From a virus, in IMG/VR virus record IMGVR_UViG_3300047160_007109, positions 12,925 through 76,924 of that record: a DNA stretch of 64,000 bases; one strand, 5' to 3'. Under the pieces are notes generated by a model, which saw only the letters and a list, made by a program, of their open reading frames with translations, did not search any database and had not been told where the DNA came from. The first letter of the stretch is position 1; each line of letters begins with the position of its first letter. This document shows, piece by piece, positions 28,301 to 36,830 of the stretch. The position numbers and the translations under genes were made by a program.

Positions 28301-29023
28301 CGCGGCGAAGTCGGGGAGGTTCGCCTCGTCGAACGTCCAGACCGGGAGACCGGTCGCGGCCTGGAGCGTGACCGGAGCCATCGTGACGACGCCTTTGCGG
28401 TCGACGTACAAGTCGCATCCGGCGGACTGGGCGATCGCCCACGCCTCGTTCCAGGCGTCGTAGCCGGTGGAGAGGACGAGCGAGTAGAGCGGCACGCCCG
28501 TCGAGAACAGGTTCGGCGTCGGGAACTGCTGGTAGCGCGTCGCGAGGATCTGCTGGATGGCGTTCTCGGCGAGCGTCCCGTTCGGGACCGTGTACGGGCG
28601 AGGGACCGGACCCTGCGCGGCGAACGCCCGGTCGAGGAGCGAGCACGTCATCAGGACGCCGCCGTCGGACTCGGCGGTCTCGACGGCGGAGGGGCGCAGG
28701 ATCCCCAGGTTGAGCATCTCCCGCGTCCCGTCCGGGTAGACGATCCCACGCTGGATGAGGAGTTCCGCCGTGAACGGCGAGAGCAGGTCGAGGAGTCCCT
28801 TCGGCGTCAGCGCGCCAGTCGGGTCGGAGGCGGTGATCTGCCCCGACGTGCGTGTCTTCGCCGTCGAGTCGAACGTGATGGAGCCGGACTCGATGAGGAG
28901 CGTCGCCGTCGTTTTCCCGTCGGCGAGGACCGTCGGCGTCCCGTTGCGGAGAATCGTCGCCGTCGACAGGAACGTGTGCGACTGCTTGAGCGCCGCCTTG
29001 AACCGGTCGGTGACGGTCTGCAT
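22304..29023 (-). CDS. Giant tail-tip protein: baseplate hub (DUF5047-like), lectin/Ig modules, DUF4038/GH140-like domain and two GH5/GH39-like domains
   Basis: SGSITFDSTAKTR..SPF...QRGIVYPDG; SSGRYLIDAQGKPF...VWYFGND; MFNEFD/LCTEVGY; IINEPD/LWCTETN. Confidence 0.85.
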   Translation of the reverse strand: MQTVTDRFKAALKQSHTFLSTATILRNGTPTVLADGKTTATLLIESGSITFDSTAKTRTSGQITASDPTGALTPKGLLDLLSPFTAELLIQRGIVYPDGTREMLNLGILRPSAVETAESDGGVLMTCSLLDRAFAAQGPVPRPYTVPNGTLAENAIQQILATRYQQFPTPNLFSTGVPLYSLVLSTGYDAWNEAWAIAQSAGCDLYVDRKGVVTMAPVTLQAATGLPVWTFDEANLPDFAAPKRTLTADAVPNMVVVVGTNPAAQGITGYAWDNDPTSETYINGPYGEKAKSISEPRIATQGQADAMAAAQLAKILGNAVKVEFDAPPNPALDVYDTIAAIRTPIGLDDYLLVQKIELPLAHGDLMHVTAVGSVLNQTQQPTAVHPVPVGTGAPPPVPVNQPQILAFGTADLTPWPNPPWSTYWSQLGAVAFTGGIADIYGGLGRVTLSPKTTPSSFGGVAKIQNWQDVDVVGSIVFPAGTIGAFQAEVLARDDASATAAANNAVGINFDTVANQWSIVVYHRTAGFTSFSVPVGLTFQPGHTYDYHFQLVGVNLQARVWDSSGGEPTTWGTSMQADTPSSGVLRVTVTPTTGNSQSVSFGQITVTNLGTGTPTQPFPVATAPSVSLSGYSVTGTTVALMLSTTNGVKDVTWDEPQGNKVAEGAPDVNGNVTLTRTGVGVGQHTAWIRGWNVPSGSTGGVASAWLAIPYFVASQPESPIPATALVSATAARPAIKTVVPGQAKPTTAVCQAVAHNATTTPASGLGLATTARVQALVQNPAVTSGATPRITLQSTTVSGTSVTFVVTSSGGVVDVVLDDAADAIHIDTTPVPSPNGTATIVVNGLTPGTHTFTLTGTTGASGSGSVSPPVTTQVTIAGTPPPAGPFPLAVHSSGRYLIDAQGKPFHILHRSAQGVVGLSPTSTFQAFVTDAAGKGFTAIYMGFLASPYFGTTNGNDYDGTLPFTSGTAPGSYNSTINPTHFTVVDSYIDIVVAAGLLVVLNPAETGGWLVPWMRRLGNAAMNAYGAALGAHYAPGGAHPVPGLVWYFGNDWESPNNATDQALVLNIVNGIKSVDSQHLVTGETSYEPGGVMPFAGSPPINFVSSNLRDVAALDAVSAFGGDYTYTGTYDRVLRSYAISPTKPTGMTEAAYDTQTNGYDYNVTPHRVGAAFDSRRAAFWNVTSGGLAQTGYGEANGTSGNLGSANGASAAQIGNFWKILQTIAWQNLVPDGGVAGAGASFIPMGPPTYDQAVAGTPASPSATAACAIPAAIQSGDCIVALVGWNDATSTITSVVDSAGNTYTAVGAGITRGTGVSQRIYVALNAKASAAGANTVTATFNVAAVYPDLRVAVYTGVQLSGAIDQTAGAAGTGTAVSSGTVTTTAANEIAVGGVITSTGVTSAGAGQTIRILTAGGVGAQGDTLSDQPVPNSGTAVASTSTQTTSGNWVCNVVTLKGTGVNASRGTYLSTGDPTGNDWITASITPTGDAAVLYMPTGGQNGRLIGVNMAKMGGGAGTSSIQVWDPVSNTTYIDSRSPIANSGIVSLGAPTGTHTDGKDDWVFIIRSPAVTGGTSFTPPGIAPPQPPPSGGTGGGPSATTKGAPFGFSSSGVGYSGTGFPGGVYARYCADQAKAEGFGWCRMDIHSTPATPFIPVPYDGSANWVDLDATLDRVVSDGLRPLFVFTGVAAGATAASQAAVCNALFDRYKVGGTHPLPANQQPMVEMFNEFDVSSFSGGTLNTPAASAAFMTTFYTTVKAHGVTWVVASGSVTTFAPPQTYINGWAAAWGANPQCDAISIHPYPTAYASTGTIPGSQACIDNSVSALAALGGKYATLPILCTEVGYTVDNGAPGQSTAMQALANLIIGGTRPLVQQMIFHTPGGTYFGTGSNNFTWWDNTGAARQVATDMKNLVANPVTPPSGGGGAAAYSFPAFGISGGARPFDSNYQLEIQRTAQLVGAGKNGWWRDDIWVMSRLDQIVAEVKKYPGMLLMAQVQSSSPSVASSFAAKYGPSHGGGLHAIEIINEPDLPNSARGTQFVTGDLYANVMLPIAAAILQADPKMYVVVGAKSDVMSSSAPTPQAWYGQMYNVTGSLKAHGISAISYHPYEYASTYNHQDPGDLIAIRALMTAHGDNSLQLWCTETNSARHTAANNAQANGMAGLVSRHAGQSFVGLDNNTYYYRDGNTATGPKYIGGVLVYTMRDNGTGSYDGDWAICDGACNPVYGYNALQTAIANARSAGWISAS

Positions 29024-29026
29024 CGC

Positions 29027-31042
29027 CTAGACGTAGATCGCCATCGGACCGGACGACGGCCCGGCGAGGGGCCGGTCAACCTCGATGACCGGCATCGTGA
29101 CGTGGTTGAGGAACCCGGCGAGCGGAGGAGCCGTCTCCCCGCAGTCAGCCGGGACCGTCGCGAGTGACGACTGGAGCGCGGCGATCCCGCCGATCGCGCC
29201 GCGCAGGTGCCCGCCGGAGTCGTAGGCGAGCGAGATGTACCACTTCCGGCCGTACGGATCCCGGAGGAGAGCGACTGGCAGCGGTGCCATCAGCGCCTCG
29301 ATCATGTCCCACTGCGCCCGGTTCTGAGCGGTGAGTTCGAGACGGCCGACGTTGCCCCGCATGACGCCGTCGGTCATGACGATCGGGTTCTTCCGGGAGA
29401 CCGGCTGGAACGCCGTCGCGACCGTCGGTTGGGCTAGCTCGAACGAGTCGGACTGGAGATGGACGATCCCGCCCGCAGTCGGGCGGAGCGGGTCCGTGAG
29501 GAGCCACTCGCCGTTCGTCGAGCCCGTCAGCGTCGCATTGACCGCGCCAGACGCCGCCCCGGAAATGACGACGTTCCCCTGGAATAGCTGGTAGACGAAC
29601 GCCTGATACGAGCGCGTCACGCCGATCGGCGCTTCGAGGTCGATGATCGTCGCGTTGCCGGAGCCGTCAGGGACGAGCGCCGATCCGTCTCCGGCGAGGC
29701 CGCCGACCGTGCCGCGGACCCATCGCCAGTTGTCGGTGACGGAGTCGCGGTACTGGATGCCGTAGACGTCGCCTGCGACGAGGGACGCCGGGTTGGCGTG
29801 GATGAGGAGCGAGATACCGCCGAGCGGGACGCCGGGTGAGACGACCGTCGCCGTGACGGACGGCGTCGGCGGGGTCGGAATGTTCATCGTGAACGTGTTC
29901 CAGTCCCACGCCGAGACGACGCCCGCGGTCGACGTCGCCCGGACGTACCAGCGCCAGTTGCCGACGACGCCGAGGCCGATGTCGATGGGGAGCGAGACGG
30001 CCGTTGCCGTCCCGGTCCCGGAGAGCGGAGCGGAGCCTCCCGGGTACGTGTTGGGCGACGTCGCCGGGTCGAACCCGCCGATCCCGTACTGCGCGGCGGA
30101 GAACAGGGCGACTTGCCACGACGCCTGGAAGTCTCCGAGCGTGTTCTGGTACTGCCAGGTGACGCCGGGCCGGGAGTTCGTCGTGATCGTCGAACCCTCG
30201 GTCGGCGTGACGACGACGACCGTCGGCGTACCCGCCTGGATCCACGGTTGCCACGACCCGTTCCCGAAAAACGACGTGAGCGTGATCGGGTTCGCTCCGA
30301 GCCCAGCGTCGTCGATGACGAGGTCGCGGGCGATGTCCCAGTTCGGGTAGTAGTTGTACCCGGCCGGGACGACCCAGCCAGCGGGCTGATTCAGGACGTA
30401 GATGCCGTTCGAGTAGTCCTGGCACCAGCCGTATCCGTGGACGTAGTCGTAGATGTCGAACGAGCGCATCCCGTCGAAGGTGCCGAAGTACGGGGCGTAC
30501 CCGGCGACGGAGGTCGTGTTGACCCAGTTCATCGCCGCCGCGGAGCCGAACGGGACGAACCGGCCCCAGTTGGTCATCAGGTATCCGGCCCCGGTCGAGT
30601 AGTCGAACCGCATCCGGAGGTAGTGCTCCCCGGTGTTGATGTTGAGCGACAGCGTCGGGCCGATCACGCCCTGCCCGGAGACGCCGTAGTAGGTCCCGCC
30701 CTCGTCGACGATGAACCCCTGCCCGTTCGCCGCCGGGTTCATCGCGAGGTCGATCATGATCGGGTAGAAAAACGGGACGCCGGGAGCCTGCCCGGCCGGT
30801 TGGCGAGCCGTCCCGACCGCCGTCACCCAGCCGTTCGCCTCCAGGACGTAGCCGCCGGGACCGGACCAGTCGGTGATCTGGAACGAGCGGACGTTGCCGT
30901 ACGGGACGTTCGCTCCTCCCGGCCGGATGATCGGCGAGGGGAACGCCGGAGCGCCGCCGAACGCGGCGAACGTGCCGTCGTCCGCCATGCCGTAGCCCAT
31001 CGCCCGGTTCTGCGGGTTCGTGGCGGCTCGGATCCACGTCAT
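29027..31042 (-). CDS. Minor tail protein (Dit-like) with N-terminal beta-propeller-like repeats
   Basis: Immediately after tape measure; GY(V/L)xxxG repeats; C-terminal LLRDPYGRKWY. Confidence 0.75.
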   Translation of the reverse strand: MTWIRAATNPQNRAMGYGMADDGTFAAFGGAPAFPSPIIRPGGANVPYGNVRSFQITDWSGPGGYVLEANGWVTAVGTARQPAGQAPGVPFFYPIMIDLAMNPAANGQGFIVDEGGTYYGVSGQGVIGPTLSLNINTGEHYLRMRFDYSTGAGYLMTNWGRFVPFGSAAAMNWVNTTSVAGYAPYFGTFDGMRSFDIYDYVHGYGWCQDYSNGIYVLNQPAGWVVPAGYNYYPNWDIARDLVIDDAGLGANPITLTSFFGNGSWQPWIQAGTPTVVVVTPTEGSTITTNSRPGVTWQYQNTLGDFQASWQVALFSAAQYGIGGFDPATSPNTYPGGSAPLSGTGTATAVSLPIDIGLGVVGNWRWYVRATSTAGVVSAWDWNTFTMNIPTPPTPSVTATVVSPGVPLGGISLLIHANPASLVAGDVYGIQYRDSVTDNWRWVRGTVGGLAGDGSALVPDGSGNATIIDLEAPIGVTRSYQAFVYQLFQGNVVISGAASGAVNATLTGSTNGEWLLTDPLRPTAGGIVHLQSDSFELAQPTVATAFQPVSRKNPIVMTDGVMRGNVGRLELTAQNRAQWDMIEALMAPLPVALLRDPYGRKWYISLAYDSGGHLRGAIGGIAALQSSLATVPADCGETAPPLAGFLNHVTMPVIEVDRPLAGPSSGPMAIYV

Positions 31043-31061
31043 CGGCGGTCAGTCTCCTCGC

Positions 31062-33941
31062 TCAGACGTTGACGCGCAGGGACCGGGCGAGTTCCGTCGA
31101 TTGGGCGTCGAGCGCCTGAGACACGATCTCGTTCAGGTGCGAGTCGCCGTAGATGTGGCCCTGGACGATGAACGTCATCGCCAGTGAGACCGCAGCGGAG
31201 GAGCCCGGCGTGCCGCCGGGCATATCGCCTCGGCCGAACGTCGGCTGGATCGTCCCGGCCACGTCGGGCTTGAAGATTTCGGGTCGGCCACGCTCGCCGA
31301 CGAGGTACGCCGTCCCGGGGTAGACACGGCCGCCCTCCGCCTTGTGCGGAGCGTTCGCTGCCGCCTGCTGCTGCTGCTGCGCCGAGTTGAGGAACTGCCC
31401 GGCGGCGACCTGCCCGGTGTAGATCGACCCGTAGTTCAGCGACGCTCGGGTCCGGGCCGAGAGCGACAGGAGATTCTCCAGGTTCGCCTCGGCCTGGCCG
31501 ACGTCGACGATGATCTTCGTGTAGACCGACGTTGGCAGCGACCCGAGCCGCAGAATGTAACCCTCCAGCGCCTGGGCGACGGGGCCGCCGACCTCGTCGG
31601 CGACTTGCTGCAACTGCGAGACGTACGCAGCGTTCGCGGCGGCCGCTCCTTGCGTCGTCTGGATCCCGCCGTTCTCCGCCGCCGCTTTCGTCGCCGCGGC
31701 CGAGGCCGCCTGGAGCGCCGACTCGGTCAGTTTCCGTTGCGCGTCGGTCGCCTGCGTCGACGCCGCACCGTACTGGGCGACCGTCTTTTTGTAGCTGTCC
31801 ATGTCGGTGTTGACGGTCGACATCGCGTCTTCGAGGGCGAGTTCGGAGTTGATCTGGGCGACGATCGCGTCGTGGACGTCGGTGATCGCCTTGGCCTGGT
31901 CCTGCTCCGCTTTCGCCTGGTCCGCCGCCGATTGCGTGAACTGCTGGTTGTACGTGGTGGCCTGCTGCGTCGCCGCCGCCTCCTCGCGGAGCTTCGATTC
32001 CGTTTGGGAGAGCGCCGACTGGAGTTCCTTCTGGTTCTTGGCGTCGAAGATCGGTTTGCCGCCCGCGCCGCGCATCGCGTCGAGGGCGGCGACGACCTTC
32101 TCCGCCGCGGCGGGAGACGCCTGGCCGAGCGCCTTGATCTCGTCGGTGACGCCCCGGGCCTGCCCGGCGAACAGTTGGAGCTTGTCGGACTCGCCGAGCT
32201 TGTCCATGAACGCTTTGAGGGCGTCGGACCGGTTCATGGCGTCGAGGGCGGAGCCGAGGTCGGAGAACTGCTTCCGGTAGTCCTGGAGCGACTGGCCGCC
32301 GCCGAGGAGTGCCTTGCCGAGCCCGATGACGCCTCCGGCGAGCGCGCCGAGGCCGGTGCCGACGCCGGGGATGACGGAGCCGAGCGCCGCGCCTGCCGCG
32401 GTCATGCCGACGATGCCGGTGATCGTCCCGGTGGTGGACTTGCCGATCTGCTGGAACGAGACCGCGCCGATCGCTGCCCCGGCAGCGGCCATGCCGAGCC
32501 CTCCGGCGAGACCCGATGCTGCGCCGCCCGCTTCCTCCATCGCCGCGCCGCCCGCGGCCGCTCCTTCGCCCAGCGCGGCCTGCTCGGTCCCGGCCGCAGT
32601 GGCAGACGCGCCGTAGACGTCGATCATGGAGGCGGTCCGCTCGGCGGCGGCTCCTTCCTCGGTGATCGCGACGGTCGCGCCCTCCGCCGAGGCTGCCGCT
32701 TCTTCCTCGGCCGGGGCAGTCCCGGCGAGGGAGACCTTGAGCCGGTCGAGGGAGGAGCCGAGGAACTGGACGCCCGGGGCGATGAGCTTCGTGACGGCGT
32801 AGTACGCCATGAGGCCCGTCGTGAGCGGCCCGATGAGCGGCCCGAACACGCGGAAGATCGCGGCGAGGCCCGACAGGATCGGTGTGACGATCTGGACGGC
32901 GGACGTGATCGCCGGGAGTGCGCCCTTGGCGAGTTCGCCGAGGGCGGAGCCGAGCGCCGTGACGGCCGGGAGCGACGCCTGGAGCAGAGCGAAGAATGGC
33001 GAGACGAGCGGAGCGCCGATCTTCTCCAGGACCGTGTCGATCGTGGCGGAGAACCGCCGTTGCGCGATCTCGGCGTTGTTGGAGCCCTTGGCGATGTCTT
33101 GCGAGAGCGAGTTGCCGTACTTCTCGACGGCGACTTGCGCCGCGGCGTAGGACTTCTCCCCCGCGTTGAGCGCCGCGGCGTTGGAGCCGAACCCGAGTTC
33201 GGCTGCCTTGGAGGCGATCTCCGTCGCGGAGAGCGAGACGCCGAGCCGGGCGGCGAACACGCCGCCTCGGGCGAGCCGGGTGCCCATCTGCTCGGCGACG
33301 GAGCCGACATCGCCGAGGGACGGTTTGAGGGCGACGGACCGGGCGGCGAGAGCGACGATCTGGTCGGAGAACTGGGCGGACTGCTTCTCCGACAGGCCCG
33401 AGTTCTTGCCCAACTCGAAGATCGACGCCGCCGCCTGCTCCGTCTTCGATGGGACGGTACCCATCGTGATCGAGAGCTTGTCCATCGACGTGTTGAGGTC
33501 GCCGACCCGGACCTGACGGACCGTGTCCGCCATCTTGCCGAGGATCGCGTCGAACCGTTGCGTCGCCGCCTGCCCCTCGATCCCCTTCTGGACGAGTTCG
33601 CCCATCCCGGAGGCGAGAGCCAGCGACCCGGCGACGGCGGGGATCGCCGCTGCGCCGAACCCTTGGACGACGGTCCGCATCCCGCCGACGTGCCCAGTGG
33701 CGAGGAGCGCCGCGCCCTCGACGCCTTTGAGCGACGAGCCGAGGTTGGACGAGGACTCCGACGCCGACTTGGCGGACTCGGAGACCTGATCCATCGAGTT
33801 CGCCGTCTGGTCGAGCGCCGCGCCTCCAGCGTCGGACCCGGCCTGGTTGAGCGCGTCGGACAGCGACGAGCCGAGTTCGTCGATCTGCGCCATCGCGCTC
33901 GACGTGTCGAGAACGAGTTCAGCCTCTAGCGGATCAGGCAT
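31062..33941 (-). CDS. Tape measure protein
   Basis: 959 aa, Ala/Gly-rich helical, follows tail assembly chaperone. Confidence 0.9.
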   Translation of the reverse strand: MPDPLEAELVLDTSSAMAQIDELGSSLSDALNQAGSDAGGAALDQTANSMDQVSESAKSASESSSNLGSSLKGVEGAALLATGHVGGMRTVVQGFGAAAIPAVAGSLALASGMGELVQKGIEGQAATQRFDAILGKMADTVRQVRVGDLNTSMDKLSITMGTVPSKTEQAAASIFELGKNSGLSEKQSAQFSDQIVALAARSVALKPSLGDVGSVAEQMGTRLARGGVFAARLGVSLSATEIASKAAELGFGSNAAALNAGEKSYAAAQVAVEKYGNSLSQDIAKGSNNAEIAQRRFSATIDTVLEKIGAPLVSPFFALLQASLPAVTALGSALGELAKGALPAITSAVQIVTPILSGLAAIFRVFGPLIGPLTTGLMAYYAVTKLIAPGVQFLGSSLDRLKVSLAGTAPAEEEAAASAEGATVAITEEGAAAERTASMIDVYGASATAAGTEQAALGEGAAAGGAAMEEAGGAASGLAGGLGMAAAGAAIGAVSFQQIGKSTTGTITGIVGMTAAGAALGSVIPGVGTGLGALAGGVIGLGKALLGGGQSLQDYRKQFSDLGSALDAMNRSDALKAFMDKLGESDKLQLFAGQARGVTDEIKALGQASPAAAEKVVAALDAMRGAGGKPIFDAKNQKELQSALSQTESKLREEAAATQQATTYNQQFTQSAADQAKAEQDQAKAITDVHDAIVAQINSELALEDAMSTVNTDMDSYKKTVAQYGAASTQATDAQRKLTESALQAASAAATKAAAENGGIQTTQGAAAANAAYVSQLQQVADEVGGPVAQALEGYILRLGSLPTSVYTKIIVDVGQAEANLENLLSLSARTRASLNYGSIYTGQVAAGQFLNSAQQQQQAAANAPHKAEGGRVYPGTAYLVGERGRPEIFKPDVAGTIQPTFGRGDMPGGTPGSSAAVSLAMTFIVQGHIYGDSHLNEIVSQALDAQSTELARSLRVNV

Positions 33942-34397
33942 TCACTCCCTCTCGATCAGGTCGGGGACCAGACGGCGGACCCCAATGATGGTCGTCGGCG
34001 AGTCCACCGTCGCGGAACCCGACTCCGCCGTCAGGCCGACCCCGGCCTGAATCGGCATGACCTCACGCGGCATCCGGATCCCGTCGGGTCCGGCCGGGCC
34101 GAGGTCGACGTCTTCGACGAGGTCGAGGCCGAGCGCGACGGCGACTTGCCGCGCCGTGTGTTCCATCGTGACGGTGTGCGGCCAGCCGAGCGCGCGTTGA
34201 ACCGTCCGGCAGATTCCGGCGAAGTAGGCGTCGTTGCCGGTCAGGCGGGAGACGGCAGGGATGGGCTCGGGTCTGCGCCGTTGCTGCTGTTCGAGTCCGA
34301 CTGGGAGCCGGGAGCCGTCAGGCCCGTAGAGGAACCGATCAGGTTGATCAGGTTCGCCAGCATCCTCAGGTTGTCGGACTCCTGGCCAGCTAAAGGG
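33942..34397 (-). CDS. Tail assembly chaperone frameshift extension (gpGT-like, -1 frame)
   Basis: Open -1 frame from CCC TTT at 34397 to stop at 33942; no convincing independent start. Confidence 0.65.
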   Translation of the reverse strand, partial: PFSWPGVRQPEDAGEPDQPDRFLYGPDGSRLPVGLEQQQRRRPEPIPAVSRLTGNDAYFAGICRTVQRALGWPHTVTMEHTARQVAVALGLDLVEDVDLGPAGPDGIRMPREVMPIQAGVGLTAESGSATVDSPTTIIGVRRLVPDLIERE

Positions 34398-34729
34398 ACC
34401 TGTCCGTTGTTGAAGATTTTGGCGAGCGTCGACGGAGACCCGGCCCACTGGTACAGGTCGTTCGGGTCGAGGCGAGTACCGGAGAGCATCTCGACGACTT
34501 CGATGAACGCCTGGGCGTGGGGCGACTCGTCCGGGTCGGACATCACCGCCATCCGTTCGCCGGTTTCGGTGCCCGCCTTCTGGTCGAGTGCAGCGTCGGC
34601 CGCTTTGAGGAGTTCGAGGATCCGCTTCGCTTCGACGAGCCGAGGTTCGCGCAGGACGAGCGGAGACGGCCGCCCGGGAACCGGGACCCAGACGGTCCCG
34701 TCCTCGTTGATCTGGAGTTTCTCGCTCAT
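34241..34729 (-). CDS. Tail assembly chaperone (gpG-like)
   Basis: Position before tape measure; contains slippery site. Confidence 0.75.
   Translation of the reverse strand: MSEKLQINEDGTVWVPVPGRPSPLVLREPRLVEAKRILELLKAADAALDQKAGTETGERMAVMSDPDESPHAQAFIEVVEMLSGTRLDPNDLYQWAGSPSTLAKIFNNGQVPLAGQESDNLRMLANLINLIGSSTGLTAPGSQSDSNSSNGADPSPSLPSPA
34391..34397 (-). other. Programmed -1 frameshift heptamer C CCT TTA
   Basis: X XXY YYZ in correct phase; TTA is rare in this genome; -1 frame is open. Confidence 0.7.
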
Positions 34730-34756
34730 CGGGTTCCTCGCGTTCCGGGGCGGTCG

Positions 34757-35347
34757 TCACGACGGCGGCCCGCTCGACGAGCGGACGAGGACGTGGCTGC
34801 GCCACAGTACGCCCGCGCGCTCTCCGCGCGGATTGATCGGCAGGACGTCGGAGAGCGAGAAGCCGCCGCAGGAGACGTCGGCGAGGAACGTGAGCACGTC
34901 CGGGTCGGAGACCGGCTGGCCGGGCGCGCATTCCAGACGAACGAGCGCCCGGGAGACGACGTCCATGATCTCGGTGAGGACGGCCGTGTCGCGGTCCCAC
35001 GCCGCCTGATTCGGCGAGATGGTCCCGGCGGCGACCACGGCAGGCTGCCAGCACTTGAAGTAGCGGACGACGATCGGCGTGACGAGATACCCGGTGCCGG
35101 GCGTCGGGCCGCCCCGGCCGATGCGAGCCCGAGCCGCGTTGGGGAACTGCGTCGAGACGAACTCCTCCTCGACGTTGCCGACGACGATCCCGCCTTCGGT
35201 TCGTTCCCACTGCGGCCTTCCGGCGTCGCCCCAATACCGGTAGACGGCGTCGGGCGGAGGCCGGTCGGTGCCGTCGGGGTACTTGACCGCGCCGATGGAG
35301 TCAGCGACGTACTCGGTGAGGACTGTGAGGAGCCCGGAGAGGCTCAT
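34757..35347 (-). CDS. Tail terminator-like protein
   Basis: Position; IVVRYFKCW, GERAGVLW pattern. Confidence 0.6.
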   Translation of the reverse strand: MSLSGLLTVLTEYVADSIGAVKYPDGTDRPPPDAVYRYWGDAGRPQWERTEGGIVVGNVEEEFVSTQFPNAARARIGRGGPTPGTGYLVTPIVVRYFKCWQPAVVAAGTISPNQAAWDRDTAVLTEIMDVVSRALVRLECAPGQPVSDPDVLTFLADVSCGGFSLSDVLPINPRGERAGVLWRSHVLVRSSSGPPS

Positions 35348-35769
35348 CCGGCGCTCGACACGATGTTCGACCAGTCGTCGACCGTGTCGCTCCAGAAGTG
35401 CGTGCCGGGAGCCCCAGCGACGCTCTTGGCGAACACGACGCCGCCCGCGGCAGGCCAGTCGAACCGGAGTGCCTTCGCCGAGACCGGGTAGATGCGGCCG
35501 CCCTCGGGGCCGTACTCGCCGGTCCCCTCGTCCTGGTACTGGGCGTAGTCGACCTCGTCGTTCCCGGCGGAGGCGACGCAGGAGACCCGGTCGCCCTCGT
35601 TGGACGGGTCGTCGTGCTTGATCGAGTCGGCGAGCGCGCCCGAGCGGCGGGAGCACCGTCCCTGCGCCGCTTCGACGAACGCGTCGGCGATCGCCGTCAG
35701 CCGCTCGACGGCGTACTGCTGGAGCCCTTCTTTGAGGGCGTCGGTGTTGACCGTCGATTCCCCGGCCAT
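35344..35769 (-). CDS. HK97 gp10-like neck/tail-completion protein
   Basis: RSGALADSI, YAQYQDEGTG, KALRF, PGTHF. Confidence 0.75.
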   Translation of the reverse strand: MAGESTVNTDALKEGLQQYAVERLTAIADAFVEAAQGRCSRRSGALADSIKHDDPSNEGDRVSCVASAGNDEVDYAQYQDEGTGEYGPEGGRIYPVSAKALRFDWPAAGGVVFAKSVAGAPGTHFWSDTVDDWSNIVSSAG

Positions 35770-36830
35770 CAGGGCGTTTGCTCCATCTGATGGGCGATGG
35801 TGCCGACGTGGCCCGGGTCGAACATGCCTGGCGGGGTCGGGACGCCTTTGTCGATCGAGTCGAGCCACTGGTCGGCCGGTTGGAAGCCGGTCCGGTCCGC
35901 GCCCTGGTCCTGGCGGGTATCGACGATCGTGTACGAGACGCCTTCCGCCTGGACTTGGCGGACCCGGTACTGCGGGAGGAGACACGGCTGCATGAGCGCG
36001 GCGAGCGCCGCCTCCGCCGCCATCATCGTCGCCGCGCGTCGCCCAGCCGCCGGGATCGGGACGCCCATGACCCACGTCGCTTGGAACGCGGACGGGTCGG
36101 TCAGGTCGTGGCCGACCGGCCAGACGCCACCGTCGATACGGACGAGGTCCGCCTGGTCTTCGAGCCGGTAGGCGGACGGCGACAGCGCGACGCCGTCGAT
36201 GATGACGGACCGGATGCCGAGGATCGGGTAGCGGCCGCGGAGCCCGATGCGGGCGTTGGGCGAACAGGTCGTGCAGACCCCGGCCATTCCGATCCCGTAG
36301 TCGCCCCACCACCAGAACGAGCCGCAGCCGGAGCAGCGGACGCAGAGCGACCGGGTCGTGCGGGTGATACCGGGGAACTCCATGTCGGAGAACGAGAACA
36401 GGAGTTCGGAGACGGAGTCGATGATGAGGTCCTGCTGGCGGGGCGTGATCGACGCGACGTCCGCGCCGGACAGGGCGAGCGCCGGTTCGGCGGTGACGAG
36501 GTCCCACGTCGTCCACGGTTCCCACGGTGTCGTGATGCCGACGTCGACGCCGACGAGGAACACGCCCGTCTGCTCGGAGAGCATCCCTTCGACGACGCCG
36601 GAGAACGTGTAGTCGAACACGCCGGGCAGGTCCGTGACGTAGACGTACCGGTACGTCCCGACCGATTCGTGCGTGAGGCCGGTCAGGTCGATCGTGATCT
36701 GCGCGCCGGACGGTTTCGTGACGACGAGCGACCCAGCCGACGGGTCCGTCAACTGGTTCATGTCGTTGAACCATTGGGCGCGGAGCGTGATCGGTTCGCC
36801 TACGTCGAGCGACTCGGTGATCCCCGACAT
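35769..36830 (-). CDS. Head-to-tail adaptor with N-terminal Ig-like domain
   Basis: VIIDGVAL..SAYRLED..LVRIDGGVWP, CLLP..VRQVQAEGVSY, TGFQPADQWL. Confidence 0.8.
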   Translation of the reverse strand: MSGITESLDVGEPITLRAQWFNDMNQLTDPSAGSLVVTKPSGAQITIDLTGLTHESVGTYRYVYVTDLPGVFDYTFSGVVEGMLSEQTGVFLVGVDVGITTPWEPWTTWDLVTAEPALALSGADVASITPRQQDLIIDSVSELLFSFSDMEFPGITRTTRSLCVRCSGCGSFWWWGDYGIGMAGVCTTCSPNARIGLRGRYPILGIRSVIIDGVALSPSAYRLEDQADLVRIDGGVWPVGHDLTDPSAFQATWVMGVPIPAAGRRAATMMAAEAALAALMQPCLLPQYRVRQVQAEGVSYTIVDTRQDQGADRTGFQPADQWLDSIDKGVPTPPGMFDPGHVGTIAHQMEQTP

